In this document: piece after piece, positions 47,732 through 57,106 of the stretch | Numbering within the stretch: the first letter of the stretch is position 1 | How the letters are laid out: every line of letters begins with the position of its first letter | NCBI GenBank assembly: GCA_044440125.1 | Contig: JBITAJ010000029.1 | Span: 288,001-352,000, forward strand | DNA from: Sedimentisphaeraceae bacterium JB056 | Lineage (GTDB): Bacteria > Planctomycetota > Phycisphaerae > Sedimentisphaerales > Sedimentisphaeraceae | DNA: 64,000 nucleotides | Reading direction: 5' to 3' | Translations under genes and position numbers: made by a program | Notes under the pieces: generated by a model | Databases searched by the model: none | Told to the model about the DNA's origin: nothing | Seen by the model: only the letters and a program-made list of their open reading frames with translations

Positions 47732-49153
47732 ATGCCAAAGTTAAATATGAAACTAAGCAAAAACGGAGTTGATTTTATTGACAATGATCGACTTGAAACC
47801 CTTGCCCGGAAAAAATGTGAGGATAAGGGACGTATTCGTGAGATAATTGCCAAGAGTTTGGATAAAAAGGCTCTTACGCTTGAGGAAACTGCCGATTTGC
47901 TTAATTCTTCAAAAGACCTTACTGATGAAATATTCGATGCCGCCCATAAGCTCAAAGAGACTGTGTACGGCAATCGTATTGTCCTTTTTGCTCCGCTTTA
48001 TGTGGCGAATAAATGCATCAATAATTGTTCTTATTGCGGCTTTAAGTGCTCAAATAAGGATGTTTTGCGTCGTACTTTGACGCATGATGAACTTGCTCAG
48101 GAAGTTGTGGCTCTGGAGAAGCACGGCCATAAAAGGCTGATACTTGTCTATGGAGAGCACCCTGACTATGATGCGGAGTTTATCGCAAGCACTGTTCGCA
48201 AAGTATATGAGACAAAATCAGAGCCTCACGGCGAGATAAGGCGCGTGAATATCAATGCCGCGCCTCTTGATGTAGAGGGTTATCAAATTGTAAAACAAGC
48301 AGGAATAGGTACTTATCAGATATTTCAGGAGACTTACCATAAAGAGACTTACGCGAAATGCCATCCTGCAAATACCCGTAAGGGTGACTTTTTGTGGCGT
48401 CTTGACGGTCTTAGTCGTGCAATGGAAGGCGGCTGTGACGATCTTGGTATCGGTGCTCTATTCGGTCTTTATGACTGGCGTTTTGAAACGCTTGGTCTTG
48501 TGCAGCATGCTCTTTTCCTTGAGCAGAAGTATGGTGTTGGGCCGCATACGATAAGTTTTCCTCGTCTTCAGCCTGCAAGCGGCGTTGATTTTGATGAGAA
48601 ATACTATGTTAATGATGATGATTTTATCAAGCTTATCGCAATATTGAGGCTTGCAGTCCCTTATACGGGGCTCATACTTACCGCACGTGAGAATCAGCAA
48701 GTACGTCATGCGGCGATGGGTTTTGGTGTTTCACAGATTGATGCGGGTAGCCGAATTGAAATTGGCGGTTACAGTGCCAACGCGGCTCAGCAGGAGATTG
48801 ACAAGGAACAGTTTACTCTGGGGGATGTTCGCAGTCTTGATGAGGTGATGCTGGAATTGATTGAGAATGATTTTGTGCCGAGTTTCTGCACATCATGCTA
48901 TCGTCTCGGCAGAACAGGCGAACATTTCATGGAATTTGCTATCCCCGGGTTTATTAAGCGGTATTGTACCCCGAATGCTCTTTGTACTTTGCAGGAATAT
49001 CTGTGTGATTACGCGAGTGAGGCAACCAGAGCAGCCGGTGAAAAGCTGATAGCAAAGGAAGTGCAAATGATAGGTGATCCAAAAATGTCGCAGCAGGTAA
49101 CGAAAAGGCTCGAGCAGATAAAGAAGGAAAGCCAGAGAGATCTGTATTTTTAG
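47732..49153 (+). CDS. hydG: [FeFe]-hydrogenase H-cluster radical SAM maturase
   Basis: FAPLY, CINNCSYC (CX3CX2C), FQETY, GPHTISFPR, C-terminal CTSC-X22-C. Confidence 0.93.
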   Translation: MPKLNMKLSKNGVDFIDNDRLETLARKKCEDKGRIREIIAKSLDKKALTLEETADLLNSSKDLTDEIFDAAHKLKETVYGNRIVLFAPLYVANKCINNCSYCGFKCSNKDVLRRTLTHDELAQEVVALEKHGHKRLILVYGEHPDYDAEFIASTVRKVYETKSEPHGEIRRVNINAAPLDVEGYQIVKQAGIGTYQIFQETYHKETYAKCHPANTRKGDFLWRLDGLSRAMEGGCDDLGIGALFGLYDWRFETLGLVQHALFLEQKYGVGPHTISFPRLQPASGVDFDEKYYVNDDDFIKLIAILRLAVPYTGLILTARENQQVRHAAMGFGVSQIDAGSRIEIGGYSANAAQQEIDKEQFTLGDVRSLDEVMLELIENDFVPSFCTSCYRLGRTGEHFMEFAIPGFIKRYCTPNALCTLQEYLCDYASEATRAAGEKLIAKEVQMIGDPKMSQQVTKRLEQIKKESQRDLYF

Positions 49154-49405
49154 TTCCAGCTTCGCATTTTGTGGATACGTATTGTATTGAGCCTAAAGCT
49201 TTGTCTTATATTGCCGATTTCTCACAAGAATTTTTAAAATGTTTGAGTTTTTGCTTGAAAAATTGGGTCTAATGCTTATATTTACTGAACTTCGGACTTT
49301 ATCGGGTGCGTTGCATCTATTATTTGTTCGTTTTAAGTGAGTAAGATAATAAATTATGACTTTTATTAGTAGAACGAGTAGGTTTTACGCTTAGGAGTAT
49401 TTGAT

Positions 49406-49657
49406 ATGTCAAGAGAATGTTTTTTCACAGGTAGAAAGACAGTTGCCGGACGCAGTATCGTTCGTCATGGTAAGCCAAAACGCTTAGGCGGTGTTGGTCT
49501 TAATATCCGTGGTATCAGCAAGAGAAAGTTCAAACCTAATATCCAGAAGGTTCGTGCTGTTGTTGATGGCAAGGTTACAAAAATCAATGTATCAGCTAAG
49601 GCTATCAAGATGGGCCTTGTTACCAAGCCTGTAAAGAGAACTTACAAGGCTAAGTGA
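49406..49657 (+). CDS. rpmB: 50S ribosomal protein L28
   Basis: MSREC..TG...KRKFKPNIQ..VSAKAIK. Confidence 0.93.
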   Translation: MSRECFFTGRKTVAGRSIVRHGKPKRLGGVGLNIRGISKRKFKPNIQKVRAVVDGKVTKINVSAKAIKMGLVTKPVKRTYKAK

Positions 49658-49730
49658 TTTGGATGCATAAAGCATTGATTATACAATGTTTATATCTGTA
49701 ACAACAGATCTACTTATAACGAGATAAGCG

Positions 49731-49759
49731 AAAGCGAGGCCGATGGTCTCGCTTTTTTT
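49731..49759 (+). terminator. Intrinsic terminator after rpmB
   Basis: AAAGCGAGGCC-GAT-GGTCTCGC-TTTTTTT. Confidence 0.8.
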
Positions 49760-49810
49760 GATTATACCGGCTGAACTCCAGTCGTTTCAGGAGAAAAAAA
49801 CGAGGTTAAT

Positions 49811-50119
49811 ATGTCCAAAAAGATAGATGAAAAACAGGTACGCGAAGTTGCGATGCTCGGACGCCTTGAGCTTAGCGATGAAGAGGTCTCGATGTTTTCC
49901 GATCAGCTTAGCGAGATTTTGAGCTATGTGGAGAAACTTGGCGAACTTGATACAGATAATGTTGAGCCGCTTGCCCATAGTCTTCCAGTTCAGAATGTTT
50001 TCCGTGAAGATGAGCCGCATGAGTCTCTTAGCCGTGACAAGGCTCTTGCCAATGCACCGCATTGCGATGATGAATTCTTCCTTGTTCCAAGAATACTCGA
50101 TGAAAATGGAGGTGCCTGA
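49811..50119 (+). CDS. gatC: Asp/Glu-tRNA amidotransferase subunit C
   Basis: VA.L.RL...L.ELDT.NVEP..NVFRED..L.NAP..FF.VP. Confidence 0.95.
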   Translation: MSKKIDEKQVREVAMLGRLELSDEEVSMFSDQLSEILSYVEKLGELDTDNVEPLAHSLPVQNVFREDEPHESLSRDKALANAPHCDDEFFLVPRILDENGGA

Positions 50120-50121
50120 GA

Positions 50122-51597
50122 ATGATAGATGTACTCGATAAAAGCGCTCTTGAATTGCGTGAGATGATAGCTGCCGGTCAGCTTAGCAGTGTTGATGCTG
50201 TTAAGGCTGTTTTCAAGGCGATTGATAAGCACGATGATCAGGTAAAGGCCTATATCAGCACTTTTAAGGACAGGGCCCTTGCTGATGCGGCCAAGATTGA
50301 TGCTAAAATTGCTGCCGGTGAGAAACTGGGGGCTTTGGCGGGCGTACCGGTTGCGATCAAGGATAATATGTGTACTGATTGGGGCAACACAACATGTGCC
50401 TCAAAGATATTGGAAAATTTCAAAGCTCCGTATAATGCTGCGGTTGTTGATAAGCTTATTGAAGCTGATGCAGTTATCATTGGTAAGCTCAATATGGATG
50501 AGTTTGCAATGGGATCGAGCACCGAGAATTCCGGCTTTTTCCCGACATCAAACCCATGGGATACAACACGTGTTCCCGGCGGCAGCAGCGGCGGCTCGGC
50601 GGCGGCAGTAGCGGCAAGACTGTGTTATTCAGCTCTTGGTTCCGATACAGGCGGTTCTATACGTCAACCGGCCAGCTTTTGCGGCGTTGTGGGGCTTAAA
50701 CCTACTTATGGACGTGTCTCTCGTTATGGATTAGTGGCTTATGGTTCAAGTCTGGATCAGATAGGCCCGCTTTCGCGAACTGTTTCAGATGCGGCACTTA
50801 TGCTCAATGTTATCAGCGGCTATGACAGTAAAGACAGCACAAGCGTGCCTGAGAATATGGCTCCGCTCACCGATTATCTTGCCGATATTGATAAGCCTGT
50901 AGATGAATTGAAAATTGCGATTGTTCCAGAGTTTATCGAAAAGGCCGGAGCAGAGACTTGTGCAGCAATAAAAGAGGCTGTCGAGACATACGAGAAGCTT
51001 GGTGCCGAGATAATTGAAGTTGAGATGCCGCGATTCGACTATGCCATAGCGGCGTACTATATAATCGCTACGGCTGAGGCTTCAAGTAACCTTGCTCGCT
51101 ATGACGGTGTTCATTACGGACACAGGAGCGAAGAATGTGAGAATTATATTGATGTTTACACGAAATCACGTCGTGAGGCTTTTGGCCAGGAAGTGAAAAG
51201 GCGTATAATGCTTGGTAACTATGCTCTTTCAAGCGGTTACTACGATGCGTATTATCTGAAGGCTCTCAAGGTGCGTAATCTGATTCGTGAGGATTTCAGG
51301 GCGGCTTTCAAGAAGGCTGACTGCCTGCTTATGCCGGTTAGTCCGACAACGGCGTTTAAGATTGGAGAAAAGACAAATGATCCGCTCGAAATGTATCTGG
51401 CTGATATATACACTATTGCTCTTAATCTTGCCGGAATGCCGGGATTGAGTTTGCCATGCGGTTTTGATAACAATGGAATGCCGATAGGTATGCAGCTTAT
51501 AAGCGATACCTTTACCGAAGATAAACTGCTGAGGATAGCGAGGATGTTTGAAGCAAATACCGAGCATTCAAAGAAACGTCCGGAGATGTTGGGGTAA
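50122..51597 (+). CDS. gatA: Asp/Glu-tRNA amidotransferase subunit A
   Basis: IKDN, NMDEFAMGSS, GGSSGGS, GSDTGGSIRQPA, EVKRRIMLG. Confidence 0.97.
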   Translation: MIDVLDKSALELREMIAAGQLSSVDAVKAVFKAIDKHDDQVKAYISTFKDRALADAAKIDAKIAAGEKLGALAGVPVAIKDNMCTDWGNTTCASKILENFKAPYNAAVVDKLIEADAVIIGKLNMDEFAMGSSTENSGFFPTSNPWDTTRVPGGSSGGSAAAVAARLCYSALGSDTGGSIRQPASFCGVVGLKPTYGRVSRYGLVAYGSSLDQIGPLSRTVSDAALMLNVISGYDSKDSTSVPENMAPLTDYLADIDKPVDELKIAIVPEFIEKAGAETCAAIKEAVETYEKLGAEIIEVEMPRFDYAIAAYYIIATAEASSNLARYDGVHYGHRSEECENYIDVYTKSRREAFGQEVKRRIMLGNYALSSGYYDAYYLKALKVRNLIREDFRAAFKKADCLLMPVSPTTAFKIGEKTNDPLEMYLADIYTIALNLAGMPGLSLPCGFDNNGMPIGMQLISDTFTEDKLLRIARMFEANTEHSKKRPEMLG

Positions 51598-51657
51598 TTT
51601 TGATCTTAGATAAGCATTGTTATTTTTATACATGCTTTTGATAGAAAGCGATTTATT

Positions 51658-53118
51658 ATGGCTGATTTGAAATATAAGACTATTGTTGGGCTGGAGATAC
51701 ATGTTCAGCTCAAGACTAATACAAAGATGTTCTGTTCGTGTCCGGTGGAATTTGGCGGCGAGCCTAATACTCGTGTGTGTCCGGTATGTCTGGGTATGCC
51801 TGGCGTGCTTCCGGTGATGAACAAGAAGGCATATGAGTATAGCGTGCTTGCTGCTCTGGCTTTGGGCTGCAATATACCGCGTTTTACCAAGTGGGACAGG
51901 AAGAATTACTACTATCCCGATTTGCCGAAGAACTACCAGATAAGCCAGTACGACTTGCCGATGAGCGAGCATGGCTTTATCGAGATCCCACTTGATGAGG
52001 GCGGTACAAAGAAGATACGCATTACCCGTGCCCACCTTGAAGAGGATGCCGGTAAGAATTCGCATACCGCCGGCAACCATTCGCAGGTCGATCTAAACCG
52101 TACCGGTACACCGCTTCTGGAGATCGTGACAGAGCCGGATTTGAGTAATGGTGCCGAGGTTCGCTCGCTTGCAGTAGAGCTTCAGAGAATTGTTCGCTAT
52201 CTTGGAGTTTCAGAGGCGGATATGCAGAAGGGACATATGCGTTTTGAGCCGAACATCAATCTTGTGATTGAAAAAGACGGCCAGACTTATAAGACAGCTA
52301 TTGTCGAGGTTAAAAATCTCAACAGCTTCAAGGCACTGGAAAGAAGTGTTGATTATGAGACAAAACGCCAGCTTAAGGCGTTTCTTGAGACCGGCAGGGT
52401 GATGGGTGTTGAGCCCAAGAGTACCCGCGGCTGGGATCCTGACCGCGAGGTGACATTACACCAGCGTAACAAAGAGGCGGCTAACGATTACCGCTATTTC
52501 CCCGACCCAGACCTTGTGCCGGTAGTGCTTGATGATGACTGGTTCGATAGTATCAAATCCAGGATGCCGGAGCTTCCTCTTGCAAAGCAGCAGAGATTTG
52601 TCGACGATTTCGGGCTTAGTGATTACGATGCTTCCGTGCTGACAGCCGACCGGGCAATGGCAGAGTATTTTGAGGATGTAGTAAAAGCCGGGGCTGACGC
52701 TAAGAAGGTATGTAATCTGCTTACTCAGACAGGCTTGAAGCTTGCCAATGAAGCGTCAAAGAGTTTTGTTGATTTTGGTGTTGAAGCCGGCGATATGGCT
52801 AAGCTTGCCAAGATGAGCGACGAAGGCACTGTCAGTTCTTCTGCTACAACAAAAATACTTGTGGAGATGGTCGCCGATCCGCAGGATCCAATGGCTCTTG
52901 CAGAAAAACTTAATCTCCTGCAGAAGAATGATGCAGGTGAGATCGAAGCTATTGTTGATAAGGTTCTCGCTGATAATCCGAAGGCTGTTGAAGATGCCAA
53001 AGAGGGTAAAAAGGCCAAGGCTTCGAGAGGTTTCCTTGTAGGCCAGGTAATGAAAGCCTCCAAGGGGCAGGCCAACCCGAAGATTGTACAGCAGTTATTG
53101 GCTCAAAAACTTGGCTGA
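51658..53118 (+). CDS. gatB: Asp/Glu-tRNA amidotransferase subunit B
   Basis: GLEIHVQL, RKNYYYPDLPKNYQISQ, HLEEDAGK, DYRYFPDPDL. Confidence 0.97.
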   Translation: MADLKYKTIVGLEIHVQLKTNTKMFCSCPVEFGGEPNTRVCPVCLGMPGVLPVMNKKAYEYSVLAALALGCNIPRFTKWDRKNYYYPDLPKNYQISQYDLPMSEHGFIEIPLDEGGTKKIRITRAHLEEDAGKNSHTAGNHSQVDLNRTGTPLLEIVTEPDLSNGAEVRSLAVELQRIVRYLGVSEADMQKGHMRFEPNINLVIEKDGQTYKTAIVEVKNLNSFKALERSVDYETKRQLKAFLETGRVMGVEPKSTRGWDPDREVTLHQRNKEAANDYRYFPDPDLVPVVLDDDWFDSIKSRMPELPLAKQQRFVDDFGLSDYDASVLTADRAMAEYFEDVVKAGADAKKVCNLLTQTGLKLANEASKSFVDFGVEAGDMAKLAKMSDEGTVSSSATTKILVEMVADPQDPMALAEKLNLLQKNDAGEIEAIVDKVLADNPKAVEDAKEGKKAKASRGFLVGQVMKASKGQANPKIVQQLLAQKLG

Positions 53119-53177
53119 GGCAGTACTTGAACAATAAGCAGTTTTTTACAGTTGATTTGTTTGAAATTTGATAGAAG

Positions 53178-53218
53178 AATCCCCGTATTTTAATCGTAAA
53201 GGATAAAATACGGGGATT
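53178..53218. terminator. Long inverted repeat / terminator after gatB
   Basis: AATCCCCGTATTTTA-N11-TAAAATACGGGGATT. Confidence 0.65.
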
Positions 53219-53562
53219 TATAATTATATGAAGTATTGGTTTATGGTGAGCATGTGCTGACGTAAACTACTATATTGTCTCCCGAATTACCGTATACGTC
53301 CGTAGTTGAAGGTTGGTACGGTTTCAGGCATATAGGCTCATTAACCCATGATGCGAGTCCTTCTGTAACATAGTTCCATCGTATCAGAATATTGTATGAG
53401 CATTCAAGAGGTGTTTTATAATCTCCGAGATTACTTCGGGTGTCTTATGGTTTGATGTCTTGAAAGAGTATATCTAATCTATGTGTGTGGTAACCAATAA
53501 CACCATTACGCAAAGCCTTTCATTGTGTATTATCGCAAAAAAAACAATTATCAAGTTTTAAA

Positions 53563-53596
53563 TAGCTATTAATGCAAATGCTTGCATTAATAGCTA
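53563..53596. terminator. Perfect 15-bp inverted repeat; likely terminator of the minus-strand operon
   Basis: TAGCTATTAATGCAA-ATGC-TTGCATTAATAGCTA. Confidence 0.6.
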
Positions 53597-53628
53597 CGGA
53601 GAAGGCATGGATAAAAGGCAATTTTGGA

Positions 53629-54795
53629 TTATAATTCTGGCATCTCTGGTGAGTTGCTTTTTGTTATCGCGATGGCCTCTATTTCAATCAGCCATTCAGG
53701 CCGGCAAACCGGTGCAAGGACTATCTCATGAGGAGTTCCACCAAGATACTTTGAGATATTTTCCTTGATGATGCTGAAATCCGAAATATCTCTTATATAG
53801 ACTATTGCTGAAGCTATATCTGAAAGCTTCGAACCGCATTTGTCAAGCAATGCCTGAACATTCTCCACCGTCCTGTCGAGCTGTTTAAGGACATCTCCTT
53901 TGTGAACAACTTGTCCTTTTTTATCGATGCTTGCCGTGCCGGAGATGAATGTATGTTTACGATCGCGGTATTTGACCGTTGTTGCTCTCTCAAAACTGAC
54001 TCCGTAGTCATGTGTTGGACACATGTTTTCCGGAACGCTTAAAAATTCTAACTGTTCATGCCGGATATTTGATATGGCATATGAATCCATGGCTGTATTA
54101 TGTTGCGGGTTCACATGGCGTCCTTCAATTCCTGTGCTTGCGATATAGTGAGTTTCTTTTGTAAGGCCGGCTTCTTTGAATATATCGTTTCTTGCTTCGA
54201 CGAACCCTTTGTAATTGACATCGACATTCTGCACGAAGAACCATGTTCGAACTACATTGTCAGAAAGAGTAAGTTCGTTCGCATCGAGATAGCTGTTGTA
54301 TTTGCTGAATATTCCTTCTGTCTGATAATATGAGTTTTGACCGGCAAATGCACAGAGATTTGTTGTCCAGTGATGAACGTGGTCTTTTCTTTGAAGTTTT
54401 AGTGAATTATCCTGCCAGCTCTTTTCAATACCGGAAGGATCGGATATATGATATGCCCACATTGATATTTTAGCCGGCATCATTGGTGGTTGGCAGATGA
54501 ATGACACAGCACAGTTGCTTTTCTGAGAAGAAGTGATGTCGAATTGTTCAAATCTGATCGCCTGATTATTCAGGTCGCTGCAGAAGAAACGACGGAATAT
54601 GGATGTATCCGAATCTATCCCGAGCTCATTCAATGTAAGCCGGTATGACTCATTTATCTCTGCCAACTGTTTTTCTACACTTGAATATGAGCTGGGACGA
54701 ATAAATATATTGTATTCGTCTACTCCGTTATCGCTTTTGAAAATCGATGTTTTTATCTCTGTTGTTCTACTGGGGAAGGCCGTAGATTTAATCAT
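53629..54795 (-). CDS. Multi-domain Rid/YjgF (chorismatase FkbO-like) family protein
   Basis: VRTWFFV, YIASTGIEG, SFERA, ISGTASI, VCRPEWLIEIEA. Confidence 0.75.
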   Translation of the reverse strand: MIKSTAFPSRTTEIKTSIFKSDNGVDEYNIFIRPSSYSSVEKQLAEINESYRLTLNELGIDSDTSIFRRFFCSDLNNQAIRFEQFDITSSQKSNCAVSFICQPPMMPAKISMWAYHISDPSGIEKSWQDNSLKLQRKDHVHHWTTNLCAFAGQNSYYQTEGIFSKYNSYLDANELTLSDNVVRTWFFVQNVDVNYKGFVEARNDIFKEAGLTKETHYIASTGIEGRHVNPQHNTAMDSYAISNIRHEQLEFLSVPENMCPTHDYGVSFERATTVKYRDRKHTFISGTASIDKKGQVVHKGDVLKQLDRTVENVQALLDKCGSKLSDIASAIVYIRDISDFSIIKENISKYLGGTPHEIVLAPVCRPEWLIEIEAIAITKSNSPEMPEL

Positions 54796-57089
54796 GTTTT
54801 TTCCTTGTTGCTGCCTATTATCTCAAAAGGAATAGCCGGTAAGCTGTTAAGCTCAACAGTGTTTTTCCTTGTCTGACCGCTTTTGTCTTTTCTTTCAGTT
54901 ATCATGTCAAGTTTTACAACTATATTATCTCTGTCACCAGCGGTACTTTTCTCAGAGGCCTTAAAAGTAATGCCTATTGTATTTTTTGTTTTCTGTATAC
55001 CTGTTATTTCTATTAGACCATTTTCATTTAACAAAGTTGCGTTAATTTTTTTATCAGTGAAATTTCCGGGGTTGTAGTTTATGAAAGTTACTTTCTTGCT
55101 TTTACCCGGTTCAAGTTTTATTTGGTCTATATCTGTTTTGAATGCCGGCATTCTCCACTTGATCTTTCTCTGTGCTGCAAGCAGTTCGCTCGAAGGAACA
55201 AGCTGATAATATATGAATGCCTGCATCATGTTTTCTGCGGGAACAACCGTCTTGCTTATTATTCCTTCATCAGTTCTTGAACGTGATTCAATTATTAATT
55301 CCGAAGGTGTTTTAAGATTATCAGGTGCTGTTATTGTGACGTATATACTGTCGGCTCCGGCTGGTATTTTGTCGCCTCTGAGCTTGTAACCGGCTTTGGG
55401 CCTTTCGCGAAGTCCAAGCAGTATGTCTTCGTTGAATCCATCTTTTTTGATTACGTCTATTTTGACTGCCGCGGTTTGTCCCGGCGGCAGGGCGATGCTT
55501 GAGGGAGTCATACGCAATTCGTAAGTAGGTATTGGATTTGATATTCGCATGCGATAGGCGTATTCTTTACCTGAAGCATTTGTTACATCAAAGATCCTGA
55601 CTTTGTATATCCCATCCTCGGGAATCGTTGTCATGATATATGGGTCAGCATGATGTGTTTCAAGACCGAAAGCTTTATTCTTATAATCATCATTAAATGC
55701 TATGACTTTATCCTCAGAGTCAGTTAGTTCAATTGCTGCATCCAGAGGGCTTTTGAGGTGTCTTGCATTAACTTCGATAACTATTTTCTCGTTTTTCCGG
55801 GCTTCGAAAGAAAAAAAGTCAGACTCCCCGTTTATTTCTATCTTTCCGTTTATGATTATCGGCAGATTTACCGCCTGAGGATTTTTAATAGTTGTACCGT
55901 TTTTTTCGATGCAGTCCGGCAATTCCTCTACAAGGTATGGTACTTTGTTTGAGAACAGGTTTTCATTGTTGATTTGAAGAAACTTTGTTTTGTTTCTTCC
56001 CGAACCCTTCATGTTTATAGTGGCTTTTTGACTTGGAAGATTCCATCCATCTATTTGGGCATCTATTGTCTTGTTTGTCATAGTTCCAAGCGGGAACATT
56101 GAAGTTATAAAAGGCTTCTCTGATACGCTTATTCGATAAACAAAATCTTCGCGGCCTCTGTAGATAGAGTCGTGTATTTGGACTTGATAGATGCCATCTT
56201 CCTGTGGTTCAAAAAATATGACGGGGTCAGGGTTGAATCTGTAATCATCGCAAAATTTAATCTCGTTCCCTTCTTTGTCCAGAATAGATATTACGGCCTG
56301 AAACCATCCGGGTACGGCATCGGCAAGATATGGTTTCAAACTTCTTGCATGTGCCTCTATAATAAGTTTTTCTCCTTTTTGGGCGATAAAACTGAGGCGG
56401 TCAATATCGCCGGGCATTATCTGACCATTAAAAACCACGGGTGTTTCTGCCGGTTCGAGATAGCTTTCTTTGTCATTTGGTTCACGTTCATTGCTTTCTG
56501 CAATCTTATCTATCTGGAAATTCAGAGGATTGCTTAATCCGTTGGCTGTCATGAGCCTTATCTGGTATATTCCGGGTTTGATATTGTCTCTTATGTTCAG
56601 CTTGACGCTTGTACTCTCGGCAAGCTGAGGGTCTGGCTTTTTACCGCCGAAAGCCTGTTTTGCTATTTCTCTCAATTCCGTTGAGTTGAGATTTTCAAGG
56701 TCTCTGAGCATTGGATGATTGAGTTTCGAATCTTTAGGGTAAGAGTCGAATTTTTCTTTAAGCTTTTCCGCCTCTTCAGGACTAAGCGGCTCATTGCCGT
56801 TTTGTCTCAATTCTTTTTGAATTGCCGCAAGTTTCTTTTTGAACATAGTGCGGTCTTCATCCTTTAATGGCCTTAAAGGCGGGATATACTCAATCACAAA
56901 AGGCTTTGCTGAGTTATCACTTATGTATACGGCTTGAGGTGAACGAAGATTCTGGCCGGCAATAAGAATATCTACTGCCTCGCCGCACTTGCCGCCTGCC
57001 GGATATACATAAGACAGGTGTGGTTCTGCGGCTGCCGCAAGCGTGATAATTAGTATAATACTCAGAATTAAAACTCTTATTTTCTTCAT
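54792..57089 (-). CDS. Secreted PPC-domain (pre-peptidase C-terminal repeat) protein of PVC bacteria
   Basis: Start reassigned to ATG 57089 (MKKIRVLIL signal peptide); YVYPAGG..G, EREPND, NG.I...D, DP motifs. The longer track ORF overlaps the upstream gene. Confidence 0.8.
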   Translation of the reverse strand: MKKIRVLILSIILIITLAAAAEPHLSYVYPAGGKCGEAVDILIAGQNLRSPQAVYISDNSAKPFVIEYIPPLRPLKDEDRTMFKKKLAAIQKELRQNGNEPLSPEEAEKLKEKFDSYPKDSKLNHPMLRDLENLNSTELREIAKQAFGGKKPDPQLAESTSVKLNIRDNIKPGIYQIRLMTANGLSNPLNFQIDKIAESNEREPNDKESYLEPAETPVVFNGQIMPGDIDRLSFIAQKGEKLIIEAHARSLKPYLADAVPGWFQAVISILDKEGNEIKFCDDYRFNPDPVIFFEPQEDGIYQVQIHDSIYRGREDFVYRISVSEKPFITSMFPLGTMTNKTIDAQIDGWNLPSQKATINMKGSGRNKTKFLQINNENLFSNKVPYLVEELPDCIEKNGTTIKNPQAVNLPIIINGKIEINGESDFFSFEARKNEKIVIEVNARHLKSPLDAAIELTDSEDKVIAFNDDYKNKAFGLETHHADPYIMTTIPEDGIYKVRIFDVTNASGKEYAYRMRISNPIPTYELRMTPSSIALPPGQTAAVKIDVIKKDGFNEDILLGLRERPKAGYKLRGDKIPAGADSIYVTITAPDNLKTPSELIIESRSRTDEGIISKTVVPAENMMQAFIYYQLVPSSELLAAQRKIKWRMPAFKTDIDQIKLEPGKSKKVTFINYNPGNFTDKKINATLLNENGLIEITGIQKTKNTIGITFKASEKSTAGDRDNIVVKLDMITERKDKSGQTRKNTVELNSLPAIPFEIIGSNKEKT

Positions 57090-57106
57090 CTTTCTGACAC
57101 CGAAAG

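Noticed and set aside
47732..49153. ThiH instead of HydG
   Set aside because: Length and the C-terminal CX2CX22C auxiliary cluster motif indicate HydG.
53231..53510. Retron msr-msd interpretation of the structured region
   Set aside because: No reverse transcriptase gene in the window.
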